The position numbers were made by a program, and so were the translations under genes. From contig CALVNT010000008.1 of the NCBI GenBank assembly GCA_944349925.1, positions 2,114-66,113 of the forward strand: a stretch of 64,000 nt of DNA, in the 5' to 3' direction. This document shows positions 30,252-40,017 of the stretch, piece after piece (the stretch's first letter is position 1; every line of letters begins with the position of its first letter). The DNA comes from an uncultured Clostridia bacterium (GTDB taxonomy: Bacteria; Bacillota; Clostridia; Christensenellales; UBA1242). A model generated the notes under the pieces. That model saw only the letters and a list, made by a program, of their open reading frames with translations. It did no database searches and was not told the origin of the DNA.

Positions 30252-31919
30252 TTAAACTTTTTGCCAGAAATACCACAAGTAATTATCTTTTAAATACCCT
30301 GCCGTAGTAGATGTGTTTTTTAAATTTTCTGAATCAATATTTATCACATCGATTGAAAAATCTTCTCTTACAGATACCTGCCAACCTTCAGTATCTTCAA
30401 ATACAACATTTGCGAGTCCACTGCAGCTATCAAAAGCATATGCACCAATACTTACAATACTAGTTGGTATTGTTATCTGTGTTAAAGCACTACATTCTCT
30501 AAACGCAGATTGACCAATATTAATAACATTATCACCTAAATCTACATTTTGTAAATTAGAACATTGCGTAAATGCATACTCGCCTATTTGTTTAGTGCCT
30601 TGAATAGTTATTTTATTTAGTGTGTTATTAACGGCAAAGGATATATCTAAAATTAAAATTGAATCAGGAATAGTTATTTCAGTTACTTTATCTGCAAAAA
30701 CTGTATCACCCGACACAGAATCAAAAGTTCTTTCAACTCCTATTACTTTTATTATTTTAGAATCAAATTCAAAACTAGTTGGTAATGTTATAATTTGGCT
30801 TTCTCCTATGTATTGTTTTATAAATGCTACATTTGCATCAGAATAATAAGTATATTTATAATCGCTCACTGTGACTTCTTGTATATTATCTTTATTTATA
30901 AAAATAATTCTGTAATTAGGATCGGCTTCATAATTAATTTGTAAATTTACAACACCATTTTCTATTTCATCAAACTTATTTTCTGCAAAGTCTAAATCGT
31001 TTTGTGTATATTTACTACTACTTCCCATTATAGATAAAATTTCAGATTTATACTCTAAAACTTCTGTTAGAGTTGCATTATCTAACAAAAAATTAGATTG
31101 TAATTCATTAAGTTTTTCTTGACTTAATGAAGTACTTAAACTACCATCATTAAGTTCAAAAGCAAAATTATAGAGTTGATGACTGACGCTGTTGACGTAC
31201 TCTACATGATTTGTTTCTAAGTTTTCATAACCTAATAGTAAGCACCCTTCTTTAGGTTTAGCAACAACATCTATGGTTTTATCTATATCATTTATTGTAT
31301 ATTCTATTGTTCCCAAACTTTCATTATTCGAAACAACTGGATCAGGCGCAACATAACTTTCATCACTTAAATCAATTGTGTAACCAAATTGTACTCCACT
31401 TACCGGTTGATTTTTATCGGCTACTGAAAAAGTTATTTTAAAAGTTGTTGTGCTTTCACTTTCTGTCGTGCTTTTTGGCAAAGCATATGTAGAACCCGCT
31501 GTATATTGTCCATCATCTCTTGTTATTGTCTTGTCTACATTTTCTATAGTTTGATAGTTATCTAAAATCTTAACATTTACCGCATTTTCTTTACTAAGAT
31601 TTGTAATTTTGATAGCAATAACTATGTCAAATACTTCGTCATCATTTCTGCCAAATGTTAAAGCCTTGTTTTTCCATGTTTCAACATCTCCACTTGACTC
31701 ACCATCATTCGCGGAAAATATCAAAGTATCTAAAGTTTGTGGCTCGCTTGTTCCTGTTATTGATCCTTCAATTTTTACATTAACATCGTTTGCGTCAAAA
31801 GTTAAACTTCCTCCCATTTCTATTTTTACGCTTTGCGCTGCCCATACTCCTATTATTAGCAAAGCAAGCACTAAACAAAATGCAGAAATACTAGCAACCA
31901 TTTTACTTCGAAGTGTCAT
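30252..31919 (-). CDS. Secreted/surface protein with BspA-type leucine-rich repeats
   Basis: N-terminal TM/signal; C-terminal IGEYAFTQCSNL, IGQSAFRECSAL and IGAYAFDSCSGL repeats. Confidence 0.85.
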   Translation of the reverse strand: MTLRSKMVASISAFCLVLALLIIGVWAAQSVKIEMGGSLTFDANDVNVKIEGSITGTSEPQTLDTLIFSANDGESSGDVETWKNKALTFGRNDDEVFDIVIAIKITNLSKENAVNVKILDNYQTIENVDKTITRDDGQYTAGSTYALPKSTTESESTTTFKITFSVADKNQPVSGVQFGYTIDLSDESYVAPDPVVSNNESLGTIEYTINDIDKTIDVVAKPKEGCLLLGYENLETNHVEYVNSVSHQLYNFAFELNDGSLSTSLSQEKLNELQSNFLLDNATLTEVLEYKSEILSIMGSSSKYTQNDLDFAENKFDEIENGVVNLQINYEADPNYRIIFINKDNIQEVTVSDYKYTYYSDANVAFIKQYIGESQIITLPTSFEFDSKIIKVIGVERTFDSVSGDTVFADKVTEITIPDSILILDISFAVNNTLNKITIQGTKQIGEYAFTQCSNLQNVDLGDNVINIGQSAFRECSALTQITIPTSIVSIGAYAFDSCSGLANVVFEDTEGWQVSVREDFSIDVINIDSENLKNTSTTAGYLKDNYLWYFWQKV

Positions 31920-31987
31920 TTGTTTTTCCCTCCTATTTTTTTACAAAATTCAACTTCTTTCTAGTTATTATTTTTATCAGTCAATCA

Positions 31988-32015
31988 ATTATACCCCCCC
32001 CCGCAATTTTGTCAA
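31988..32015 (-). promoter_or_regulatory. SigA promoter with a G9 tract in a 16-bp spacer (candidate phase-variable)
   Basis: TTGACA-AAATTGC-GGGGGGGGG-TATAAT on the - strand. Confidence 0.8.
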
Positions 32016-32212
32016 ATATTTTCGACATTTTTCTAAATTTTTATTAAAATACTTATTTTTGAAAACTTTTTTACAAAATACAAATGCATAATGATGAATT
32101 TAAATTTAATTAAAACTATAGTATTTTAAATAAAAAACTCTAACAGTTTATTTGTTAGAGTTTTGTTAGAGTTATATCCAAAATTTATTTACGATTTTTC
32201 CATCACTAAATT

Positions 32213-32494
32213 TTATTTTTTTTGCAAAACTGAATAAGGATTTTCGGGAACACCTTGCCCTTGAACTTCAACCAAAATGGCGTCTTCACCTATTTTCACT
32301 ATACAACCAAAAGGGATAAAAAGCTGATTGGTGTTTTTAAAAACATTCCAGCCCGATCTTTCGCCCGGCACTAAAATGCCCAGCACTCTTGCCGTAGACA
32401 AATCAAAAATAATATCTAGAATATGACCTAATTTGCGCCCATCGAGCACATTTACCACTTCTTTGCATCTTAATTCTAAAAATGAACTTTCCAT
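32213..32494 (-). CDS. ylmC: YlmC/YmxH family sporulation PRC-barrel protein
   Basis: ELRCKEVVNVLDGRKLG..IVKIGEDAILV; directly after sigG. Confidence 0.9.
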   Translation of the reverse strand: MESSFLELRCKEVVNVLDGRKLGHILDIIFDLSTARVLGILVPGERSGWNVFKNTNQLFIPFGCIVKIGEDAILVEVQGQGVPENPYSVLQKK

Positions 32495-32501
32495 TACTCA
32501 T

Positions 32502-32531
32502 GATATATGTCGAATTTTTAAAAAAAATGAC
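32502..32531 (-). promoter_or_regulatory. Putative SigE promoter of ylmC
   Basis: GTCATT...CATATAT resembling the SigE consensus. Confidence 0.45.
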
Positions 32532-33304
32532 TAAACTAAATATTCTTTTATAGATTTTAATGCATTTTTTTCCAGTCTAGACACTTGCGCTTGGCTTATA
32601 CCAATTTCTTCGCTAACTTCCGTTTGTGTCTTGCCTACATAATATCGCATAAGCAAAATTTCTTTTTCTCGTGGAGACAAAGTCTTTATTGCATCTTTTA
32701 TCGAAATATTTTCGTTTATATTTTCGTCAGTGTTTTTGTTGTCCGCAATTTGGTCAAGTAAAGCTATGGTATCACTTCCTTCATTATAAATTGGATCACT
32801 TAGCGAAAGAGTATCACTAATTGCATCTAATGCAAAAGTTACAACTTTTGCTGGCATATTTATCTTTTGAGCAATTTCTTCTACTGTTGGCTCTGCGAAG
32901 GAAGTTTTAGCCAGTTCCTCTTTAGCTTGCATAGCACGATAGGCAATATCGCGAAGCGAGCGACTTACCCTAATAGAATTATTATCTCTTAGATATCTTC
33001 TAATTTCTCCAACTATCATGGGTACAGCATAAGTTGAAAAGCGAACATTTAAAGATTCGTCGAAATTATCAATGGCTTTTAAAAGACCTACACAACCGAC
33101 TTGAAACATATCGTCAGCCTTGTCTCCTTTAGCATTAAATCTATGCACAACACTAAGCACAAGCCTTAAGTTTGCAACTACAAACTGATCTCGCGCATGA
33201 GGATCACCCATTTTGACTTTTTTTATAAGTTGTAAAATATCATTATTTGACAATTTTGGCAATTTTGCGGTATCTACACCAGCGATTGAAACTTTAGAAG
33301 ACAT
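32531..33304 (-). CDS. sigG: Sporulation sigma factor G
   Basis: KVSIAGVDTAKLP, NLRLVLSV, FSTYAVPMIVGEIRRYLRD, GISQAQVSRLEK. Confidence 0.95.
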   Translation of the reverse strand: MSSKVSIAGVDTAKLPKLSNNDILQLIKKVKMGDPHARDQFVVANLRLVLSVVHRFNAKGDKADDMFQVGCVGLLKAIDNFDESLNVRFSTYAVPMIVGEIRRYLRDNNSIRVSRSLRDIAYRAMQAKEELAKTSFAEPTVEEIAQKINMPAKVVTFALDAISDTLSLSDPIYNEGSDTIALLDQIADNKNTDENINENISIKDAIKTLSPREKEILLMRYYVGKTQTEVSEEIGISQAQVSRLEKNALKSIKEYLV

Positions 33305-33403
33305 AATCTCTCCTTTCGAGAGATATCTTTAACATTAAAAAATTTATTATTCAAAAAAGTCAAAAAATTATAAAAAAACAAAAAATTCGAGCAAAAATTA
33401 CGA

Positions 33404-34132
33404 TTAAAACATAGTTTTCTCTAGTTCATATCTCATATCTTTTAAAATTCTTTTTTCTAAACGCGAAATATAACTTTGACTTATACCAAGTTTATCTGCA
33501 ACTTCGCGTTGAGTCAGTTCATCTTGCCCCATAAGACCATATCGCAAAATCATTATTTCTTGCTCCCTTTTGTCAAGTTTGGCGATGAGTTGATGTAGGA
33601 TAGTCCTGTCTGCAGGCTCATCAACTGCTTGAGCAACAACATCTTCATCACTTGGCAAAATGTCGGACAAAACAAGTTGATTGCCGTCAAAATCTTCACT
33701 CAAAGGTTTATCAAGGCTAATATCGTTTTTAATTTTGCTTGTTTTACGAATCTGCATTAAAATTTCATTTTCTATACATCTCGATGCATAAGTGGCAAGT
33801 CTTATATTTTTGTCAAGTTTGAAAGTTTTAACCGCTTTAATAAGTCCAACCGCACCAATGGAAATTAAATCTTCATACTCAATCTTACTAGATTCAAATT
33901 TTTTGGCTATAAATGCCACCAGCCTCAAATTATGTTCTATAAGTTTTGACAAAGCTTCTTGAGAGCCAGCTTCTTTTTGTGCCAAAAGTTCATTTTCCTC
34001 TTCAGTAGAAAGAGTTGGCAAAAACTCTTCATTGCCACAAATGTAACAAACAATTTGTTTAGACCATAAATAATCTCTTTTATGAAAAAGTTTAAATAAA
34101 AACATTTTGATTTTGAAAATAATTCTTTTCAT
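33404..34132 (-). CDS. sigE: Sporulation sigma factor E (pro-SigE)
   Basis: NLRLVAFIAKKF, LATYASRCIENEILM, GISQSYISRLEK; lies between spoIIGA and sigG. Confidence 0.92.
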   Translation of the reverse strand: MKRIIFKIKMFLFKLFHKRDYLWSKQIVCYICGNEEFLPTLSTEEENELLAQKEAGSQEALSKLIEHNLRLVAFIAKKFESSKIEYEDLISIGAVGLIKAVKTFKLDKNIRLATYASRCIENEILMQIRKTSKIKNDISLDKPLSEDFDGNQLVLSDILPSDEDVVAQAVDEPADRTILHQLIAKLDKREQEIMILRYGLMGQDELTQREVADKLGISQSYISRLEKRILKDMRYELEKTMF

Positions 34133-34133
34133 T

Positions 34134-34940
34134 TTAACCTCCAAAAATCATTTGACTATTAAGTAAAACATTTGCTTTAAAACTTTTTTCGAAACCAGAA
34201 AATGAAAGTGCAAGTGTTGGATTTTTAAAAGATTGTGCTCCGTTTATTATCAGCTCATCTGCAACAAAAGCCAAGATATTATTAGCGCCGCCAACAGAAT
34301 TTATTTTGATATAGTGAGCACAATTTATAGATTCATTATATTTTTTGCCTAATATGCTTATTAAAGAAATATTTTGATAAATTTGTTTAAAAACGTCATA
34401 ATTTATAAGAACAATCGGAGAGTTTGTTATTTTATCAAGCAGTACATTTCCACTGTCTAAATAACCAATCTCTTCAATTTCTTTACCATTGGCTTTAATC
34501 ACAACCTTATATGTGAAAGATTTTATTCTTTGCAATCGATTATGATAAAAAATAACAAATTTAACAACAAAAAACAAAGATAAACTAACAAGACAAACCA
34601 CAAAAAGCGGATAATCTCCAATAGCCTGTTCTAATGCAAAACAGCCACCGCCTAATAATAATGTAAAAATAAAGAAAGTGAAAAAAGAAAATAAAAATTT
34701 ATTTATAGGTTTTGATGAAAATGAAATACAAATTAAGATAGTCGCTAAAGGAATTTGTATTAATATTTTGAAAAAACCATTTAAATTGAAAAAAGGTAAA
34801 ATTAAAGCAACAACAGCGCCTAGCGAAGATGTCAAAAACCAAAATCTTGCCTTTTCTTTTATAAAAAAAGAAGTCATATGCAATATTAAAGCGTTTTGAA
34901 AAAAATTTATCAAAAAGGTCTGCTCTATATAAATTTCCAC
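34134..34940 (-). CDS. spoIIGA: Pro-SigE processing aspartic protease
   Basis: Five TM helices, then GYLDSGN; GTG start at 34940 after AGGAG; synteny. Confidence 0.88.
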   Translation of the reverse strand: MEIYIEQTFLINFFQNALILHMTSFFIKEKARFWFLTSSLGAVVALILPFFNLNGFFKILIQIPLATILICISFSSKPINKFLFSFFTFFIFTLLLGGGCFALEQAIGDYPLFVVCLVSLSLFFVVKFVIFYHNRLQRIKSFTYKVVIKANGKEIEEIGYLDSGNVLLDKITNSPIVLINYDVFKQIYQNISLISILGKKYNESINCAHYIKINSVGGANNILAFVADELIINGAQSFKNPTLALSFSGFEKSFKANVLLNSQMIFGG

Positions 34941-35132
34941 TATTTCTCCTGTTATAAATAGAATAACAAAAGCAAAACAAAAAACGCAAACTATAAAAAG
35001 TCGAAATTTTGACATTTCTTTTCTTTTTTGTCTGCGTTTTTGTGATAATATTTATTTATAAAACATTTGATAAAAACTTAAATAGAATATAAAAAGATGT
35101 GTTTTGTGATTTAATCTATGCTAATTTAAATA

Positions 35133-36329
35133 TTATTTTTTATTTCTTCTAAGTTTTTCAATCCAAGGTGGTACATTTGAAGATATATCCATTCTCGAAG
35201 AAGATTTATCTTCACCTGCTCTTTCAAGAGATACATTTGGATTTGCCATTTGCTGTTCTTTCTCTTTTTGCATAAAACCAGAGAAAATGCTTCTAGCTGA
35301 AGGCATTTCATTTTTTTGTCCCATGTTTCCAATAGAACGAGCACTATCCATTACATTTTCTTTCTTTTCTGGTTGCTCAGGATTTTTAAAGCCAGTTGCA
35401 ATTAAAGTGATTTCAACTTCATCATGCATATTTTCATCAATGCTTGTACCAAGAATAATGTTGCACGATGCGTCAACGACTTCTCGGACTAAAGATGCAG
35501 CTTCATTTACATCATCTTGAGTAAGGTCATCTCCACCTTTGATATTGATTAAAAGACCTGTAGCACCTTCAATAGTTGTTTCAAGCAAAGGTGAAGCAAC
35601 AGCCTGCTTAACTGCATCGAGGGCTTTGTTGTCCCCAGAGCCATAACCAATCCCCATATGTGCAAGACCTTTATCTTTCATTATTGTAGTGACATCAGCA
35701 AAATCAAGATTAATAAGCCCCGGATAAACGATCAAATCACTAATTCCTTGCACACCTTGTCTTAAAACGTCATCTGCAAATCTAAACGATTCAGAAAGTG
35801 GAGTTTTCTTAGGAACAATTTGTAAAAGTTTTTCATTAGGAATAACAACAAGAGAATCTACATATTTTTTTAAATTTTCGAGACCTTCTTCTGCGTTTTT
35901 AGCTCTAATAGGTCCTTCAAAAGAGAAAGGTTTTGTAATAACTGCGACAGTCAAAATCCCCATTTCTTTGGCAATTTGAGCGATGACAGGAGCCGCTCCT
36001 GTTCCAGTTCCGCCACCCATACCAGCAGTGATAAATACCATATTAGTGCCCTTAAGCATATCTGTAATAGATGCTTTGCTTTCTTCAGCAGCCTTTTGAC
36101 CAATTTCCGGTTTTGCACCAGCGCCAAGACCACCGGTCAATCTTTCCCCGATTTGCAATCTAGTTTCAGCCTTACTAACAAGCAAAGACTGTTTATCTGT
36201 ATTAACAGCAACAAATTCAGCAGAAGAGACACCTGCATCAATCATTCTGTTGACAGCATTATTACCACCACCGCCAACGCCAACAACTTTAATTTTAGCA
36301 ACAGCAGTTCTCATCATATCATTATCCAT
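35133..36329 (-). CDS. ftsZ: Cell division protein FtsZ
   Basis: [26 protein letters not shown]. Confidence 0.98.
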   Translation of the reverse strand: MDNDMMRTAVAKIKVVGVGGGGNNAVNRMIDAGVSSAEFVAVNTDKQSLLVSKAETRLQIGERLTGGLGAGAKPEIGQKAAEESKASITDMLKGTNMVFITAGMGGGTGTGAAPVIAQIAKEMGILTVAVITKPFSFEGPIRAKNAEEGLENLKKYVDSLVVIPNEKLLQIVPKKTPLSESFRFADDVLRQGVQGISDLIVYPGLINLDFADVTTIMKDKGLAHMGIGYGSGDNKALDAVKQAVASPLLETTIEGATGLLINIKGGDDLTQDDVNEAASLVREVVDASCNIILGTSIDENMHDEVEITLIATGFKNPEQPEKKENVMDSARSIGNMGQKNEMPSARSIFSGFMQKEKEQQMANPNVSLERAGEDKSSSRMDISSNVPPWIEKLRRNKK

Positions 36330-36470
36330 AGTTTACTCCTTTGTCCTTTATATTGTAACTCTTTTTTTATTAAATTGCAACCTTTTAAGATAAGATTTTT
36401 TGATAAAATGCATAAATTTTCATTTTTTTTGTAATTTATGCATTTTTTAACAATAAACAAATTGGAAGAA

Positions 36471-37583
36471 TTATTTTAAAGCCTCATTTACTAGAGAATA
36501 AATTGAAGCAAGTTCAGGTTTATCTTTTGCAGGAAGTGGAGCAACTCCATACTTGATATTTCGTCCAAGGCATTTAGCAAGAAAATCTCTTCCGCCTTTA
36601 ATTTTACTAACTCCCGCGCCCGTAAGATATACCGGCAAATAATTTATATAAGCGTTTGAGAATAGTTGCATACATTTTGAAATTGCTTGAGCTATCTCTT
36701 CAATTCTATACGAAACTATTTCGTTTGCGCTACTAAGAGGAATTTTGACAACTTTGCCTAGATCTGTAGTAAGCTCATAAAAATCGCTATTTTTTCCTTT
36801 TAAGGACAACACAATAATACTTTTAAGTCTTTCTGCTTCACTCATTGAAAGGTCGAAAGCCTCAGCCAAATCGTTTGTAATAAACCCGCCTCCCCTAGAA
36901 AAACTTGCCATATTGCTTAGGCCATCGCCTTTAACAAAACATACACTTGTTGTAAGGTCTCCAACATCAATAAGAAGAGCCAAATCTTCTCTTTCAGCTT
37001 TGCTAATCACAAACAAAGCTTGAGCAAGAGATTCAGAAATATATTCAACGCTTTCAAACTCATTTGCTGAGACAATTTTATTAAAAGTTTCAATAAAACT
37101 GCGATTTGCATAGATTATAGACAAATTTGCAGAAATAGAGGTGGCATTTTCTCCAACAGGAGAAAAAGAAGATCTTCCTTCATCTAACATATATGACAAA
37201 GCATTTACAGATAAAATTTCTACATTTTTATCTTTAGCCCTTTCACTAGCGATATAAAAAAGTTGATCTAAATCTTGTTGTCTTATCTTGCGCCTAGAGC
37301 CAAGATTAAGCGAAACGGTAGTTGTGCTTACAGAAGAAAATTCACTAGGCACGCCAATATAAACCTTATTTATGTTTTCTTTTTGGCAATCAAATTCATT
37401 TACAATTTGAGAAAACAAGGTTGAAAGTTTATCAGGTGCTAAAAATTTCCCTTCGTAAAAGCCGTCATAAGCAACTTCTTTAAATGATTTTACAACGAAG
37501 GTATTGTTCAGCCCCTTGCCCGCAATAATTGCTCTTAAAAAGGAAGATCCAAACTCAAAAACCAAAACTTTATCTTTTTTCAT
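36471..37583 (-). CDS. ftsA: Cell division protein FtsA-like
   Basis: EFGSS, IDVG..TT, GG.FITNDL..AERLK, LTGAG; upstream of ftsZ. Confidence 0.82.
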   Translation of the reverse strand: MKKDKVLVFEFGSSFLRAIIAGKGLNNTFVVKSFKEVAYDGFYEGKFLAPDKLSTLFSQIVNEFDCQKENINKVYIGVPSEFSSVSTTTVSLNLGSRRKIRQQDLDQLFYIASERAKDKNVEILSVNALSYMLDEGRSSFSPVGENATSISANLSIIYANRSFIETFNKIVSANEFESVEYISESLAQALFVISKAEREDLALLIDVGDLTTSVCFVKGDGLSNMASFSRGGGFITNDLAEAFDLSMSEAERLKSIIVLSLKGKNSDFYELTTDLGKVVKIPLSSANEIVSYRIEEIAQAISKCMQLFSNAYINYLPVYLTGAGVSKIKGGRDFLAKCLGRNIKYGVAPLPAKDKPELASIYSLVNEALK

Positions 37584-37691
37584 AAACCCACCAAATTAAC
37601 AAATGCACAAATGTGCAACTTTAGTAATATTTTAATACATAAAAATAACAATGTCAATCTAAAAAGAGAATAGTGCTACAAAAATTGTTTA

Positions 37692-38555
37692 TTAAGAGGC
37701 AGGGAAAATATTATAATAACATTCAGTTTCATCGTGCTGTGTGTAGTTGTAATAATTGTTTATTAAAATTGTACAAGAGTCTAATAAATTTTCAGACCAA
37801 ACTTGACCGGTTTGCGCAATTTCTTTGCCTATCAAAGAATATAAATTAGAATACACATAAAGAAAAGTATTTAATTTATACTTTAACCCGTAACTTGCAT
37901 TTTTGATTAAAACCGTTTGACCGCTAAAAAGATTTAACTGAGCTGTCAGTTGATTTTGTTTAATTTCTTCATCATATTCTATTTTGAAGAAAATTTCTTT
38001 TATTAACGCCTGTTGCTCGTTAAGCGAGCGATTGCATTCAAAAAGGGAAGAATATATATCGATAAAATTTTCAAACTGTAAGTAATCTCCTTCCTTTACG
38101 CTAAACTCTTCACTACCAGAAATAGAAACAGATATAGCATTATTTTGTTCAGAAAGAAAGTTTTCGTCTATTTTTAACACTCTAAGATTTTCATCGGTAA
38201 TATAGGTCTTGCCCTCGCTTGAAAAAGCATAAACTTCACATCGCTGAGCAATGTGCACAACAAAAATTGACGGGAAAACAGTTTCAATGTTTACAACATT
38301 GATATAAGGTGAGAGATTTTCTATTCGAGATATATAGTCTTTTTTGCTATGAAAAAAAACACTTTGCCCAAAACCAAATTGTCCGCCGTCAATAATTTCT
38401 TGATCAGATAAAGAAATTTGAGAGTGAGAAGTTTTAAAATTTATTTCAACTTTTTTAAGAGAAAACACCGTAAAAGAAAGCGCAACCAAAACAATAATGA
38501 TAGCGAAAATAAAACTCAGTGGAATAACGATTTTTTTTGTTTTTTTATTCATCAA
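37692..38555 (-). CDS. FtsQ/DivIB-like POTRA protein
   Basis: N-terminal TM, F.LKKVEI, PYI....IETVFPS; position in the dcw cluster. Confidence 0.7.
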   Translation of the reverse strand: MMNKKTKKIVIPLSFIFAIIIVLVALSFTVFSLKKVEINFKTSHSQISLSDQEIIDGGQFGFGQSVFFHSKKDYISRIENLSPYINVVNIETVFPSIFVVHIAQRCEVYAFSSEGKTYITDENLRVLKIDENFLSEQNNAISVSISGSEEFSVKEGDYLQFENFIDIYSSLFECNRSLNEQQALIKEIFFKIEYDEEIKQNQLTAQLNLFSGQTVLIKNASYGLKYKLNTFLYVYSNLYSLIGKEIAQTGQVWSENLLDSCTILINNYYNYTQHDETECYYNIFPAS

Positions 38556-38589
38556 TAGATATTTTAAAGTAAAAGAGTAAAAAAATCAA

Positions 38590-39840
38590 CTAAATTCTTT
38601 TTATATCCCCGCCAAGTGCAACCAATTTTTCTTCCAATTTGAAATACCCCCTATCAATCAAGCCAATATTGTCAACAGTCGTATAGCCTTCGCTAAAAAG
38701 CCCAGCGAGTACAAGCGCTGCCCCTCCGCGCAAATCGGTTGCCCATACATCTGCCCCATACAATTTGCGTTTGCCTCTAATTATGCAAATAGATGACTTG
38801 AATTTTATGTCTGCCCCCATTTTTAACAGTTGACCAACATAATTAAACCGAGATTCAAAAACATTTTCAAAAATCAAACTACACCCATTACAAACACAGC
38901 CAAGCGTAGCCATTTGCGGTTGCAAATCAGTTGGAAAACCGGGATAAACCGCAGTTTCAATATCCCCAAAACTTTCTAAAACTGAAGGCGCAATTATTCT
39001 TATGCCTTTTTTTTCTTTTAAAACTTTACAACCACAGACCTCTAATTTGTCAATTAACGCACTATTATGCTCATAAATTGCGTTTTTGAGATAAATATCA
39101 CCATTACATACAGCACCCGCGATTAAAAATGTACCGGCTTCAATTCTGTCGGGAATAGCTTGATGCTCACAACCATGCAAATTTTTAACACCTTCAACTA
39201 AGATAATATCGCTACCTGCACCATCAATTTTTGCTCCACATTTATTTAAGAAGCAAGCAAGGTCAACAATTTCAGGTTCTTTTGCGGCATTATAAATAAC
39301 AGTTCTGCCTTCAAAAAGCGACGCAAACATCAAAAGATTTTCTGTCGCTCCAACACTAGGAAATTTGAGCATAATTTCGCTTTTGTTTCTTTTTAGCTTT
39401 TGACCATAAATATAACCATTTTTTTCAACAATCTTGCACCCAAGTTCTTTTAACCCGTTTAAATGTATGTCTATAGGTCTTAACCCTATATCGCACCCAC
39501 CGGGATAAGCAACTTTTGCACAACCCAACCTAGAGAGAATTGGCCCTAAGGTAAAAATTGAAGAGCGCACAACACTTGCAAGCTCGTTTGAAATTTCGCT
39601 TTTATCAATTTGCGAGCAGTCCACCAAAAGGTCGTCGCCCTGCCATTTAACAAAACCACCTAAGTTTAGCAAAATGTCGCACATGGCACAAACATCTTTA
39701 TATTTTGGCACATTTTTTAAAAGCACCTGCCCATTTACCAAAATACAACCTGCTAATATTGGCAAAAGCGAATTTTTTGCACAGTCAATTTTTATTTCGC
39801 CTTTGAGGCAGTTACCACCATTTATAAAAAACTTATCCAT
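38590..39840 (-). CDS. murA: UDP-N-acetylglucosamine 1-carboxyvinyltransferase
   Basis: AKNSLLP, PGGCDIGLRPID, SVGATEN, YPGFPTDLQ, TDLRGGAAL. Confidence 0.95.
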   Translation of the reverse strand: MDKFFINGGNCLKGEIKIDCAKNSLLPILAGCILVNGQVLLKNVPKYKDVCAMCDILLNLGGFVKWQGDDLLVDCSQIDKSEISNELASVVRSSIFTLGPILSRLGCAKVAYPGGCDIGLRPIDIHLNGLKELGCKIVEKNGYIYGQKLKRNKSEIMLKFPSVGATENLLMFASLFEGRTVIYNAAKEPEIVDLACFLNKCGAKIDGAGSDIILVEGVKNLHGCEHQAIPDRIEAGTFLIAGAVCNGDIYLKNAIYEHNSALIDKLEVCGCKVLKEKKGIRIIAPSVLESFGDIETAVYPGFPTDLQPQMATLGCVCNGCSLIFENVFESRFNYVGQLLKMGADIKFKSSICIIRGKRKLYGADVWATDLRGGAALVLAGLFSEGYTTVDNIGLIDRGYFKLEEKLVALGGDIKRI

Positions 39841-40017
39841 ATATGTTTATATGATAAATTGAATAAAATTGATAAATTAAATAAAATAAAAATCATAAAA
39901 ATAACTAGCCATATTAAACGATAAAAAAATAAACAAAATAAAAAAGGAAGATTTTCCTTTTTCTTCCTTTTTTTATTTATATTTTAAAACAGCATTAATC
40001 AAAAACAATTTTTCTTA

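Noticed and set aside
34990-35045. Spo0A boxes upstream of spoIIGA (AGTCGAA, TGTCAAA)
   Set aside because: Expected biologically, but only imperfect 7-mers in AT-rich DNA; not supportable by eye
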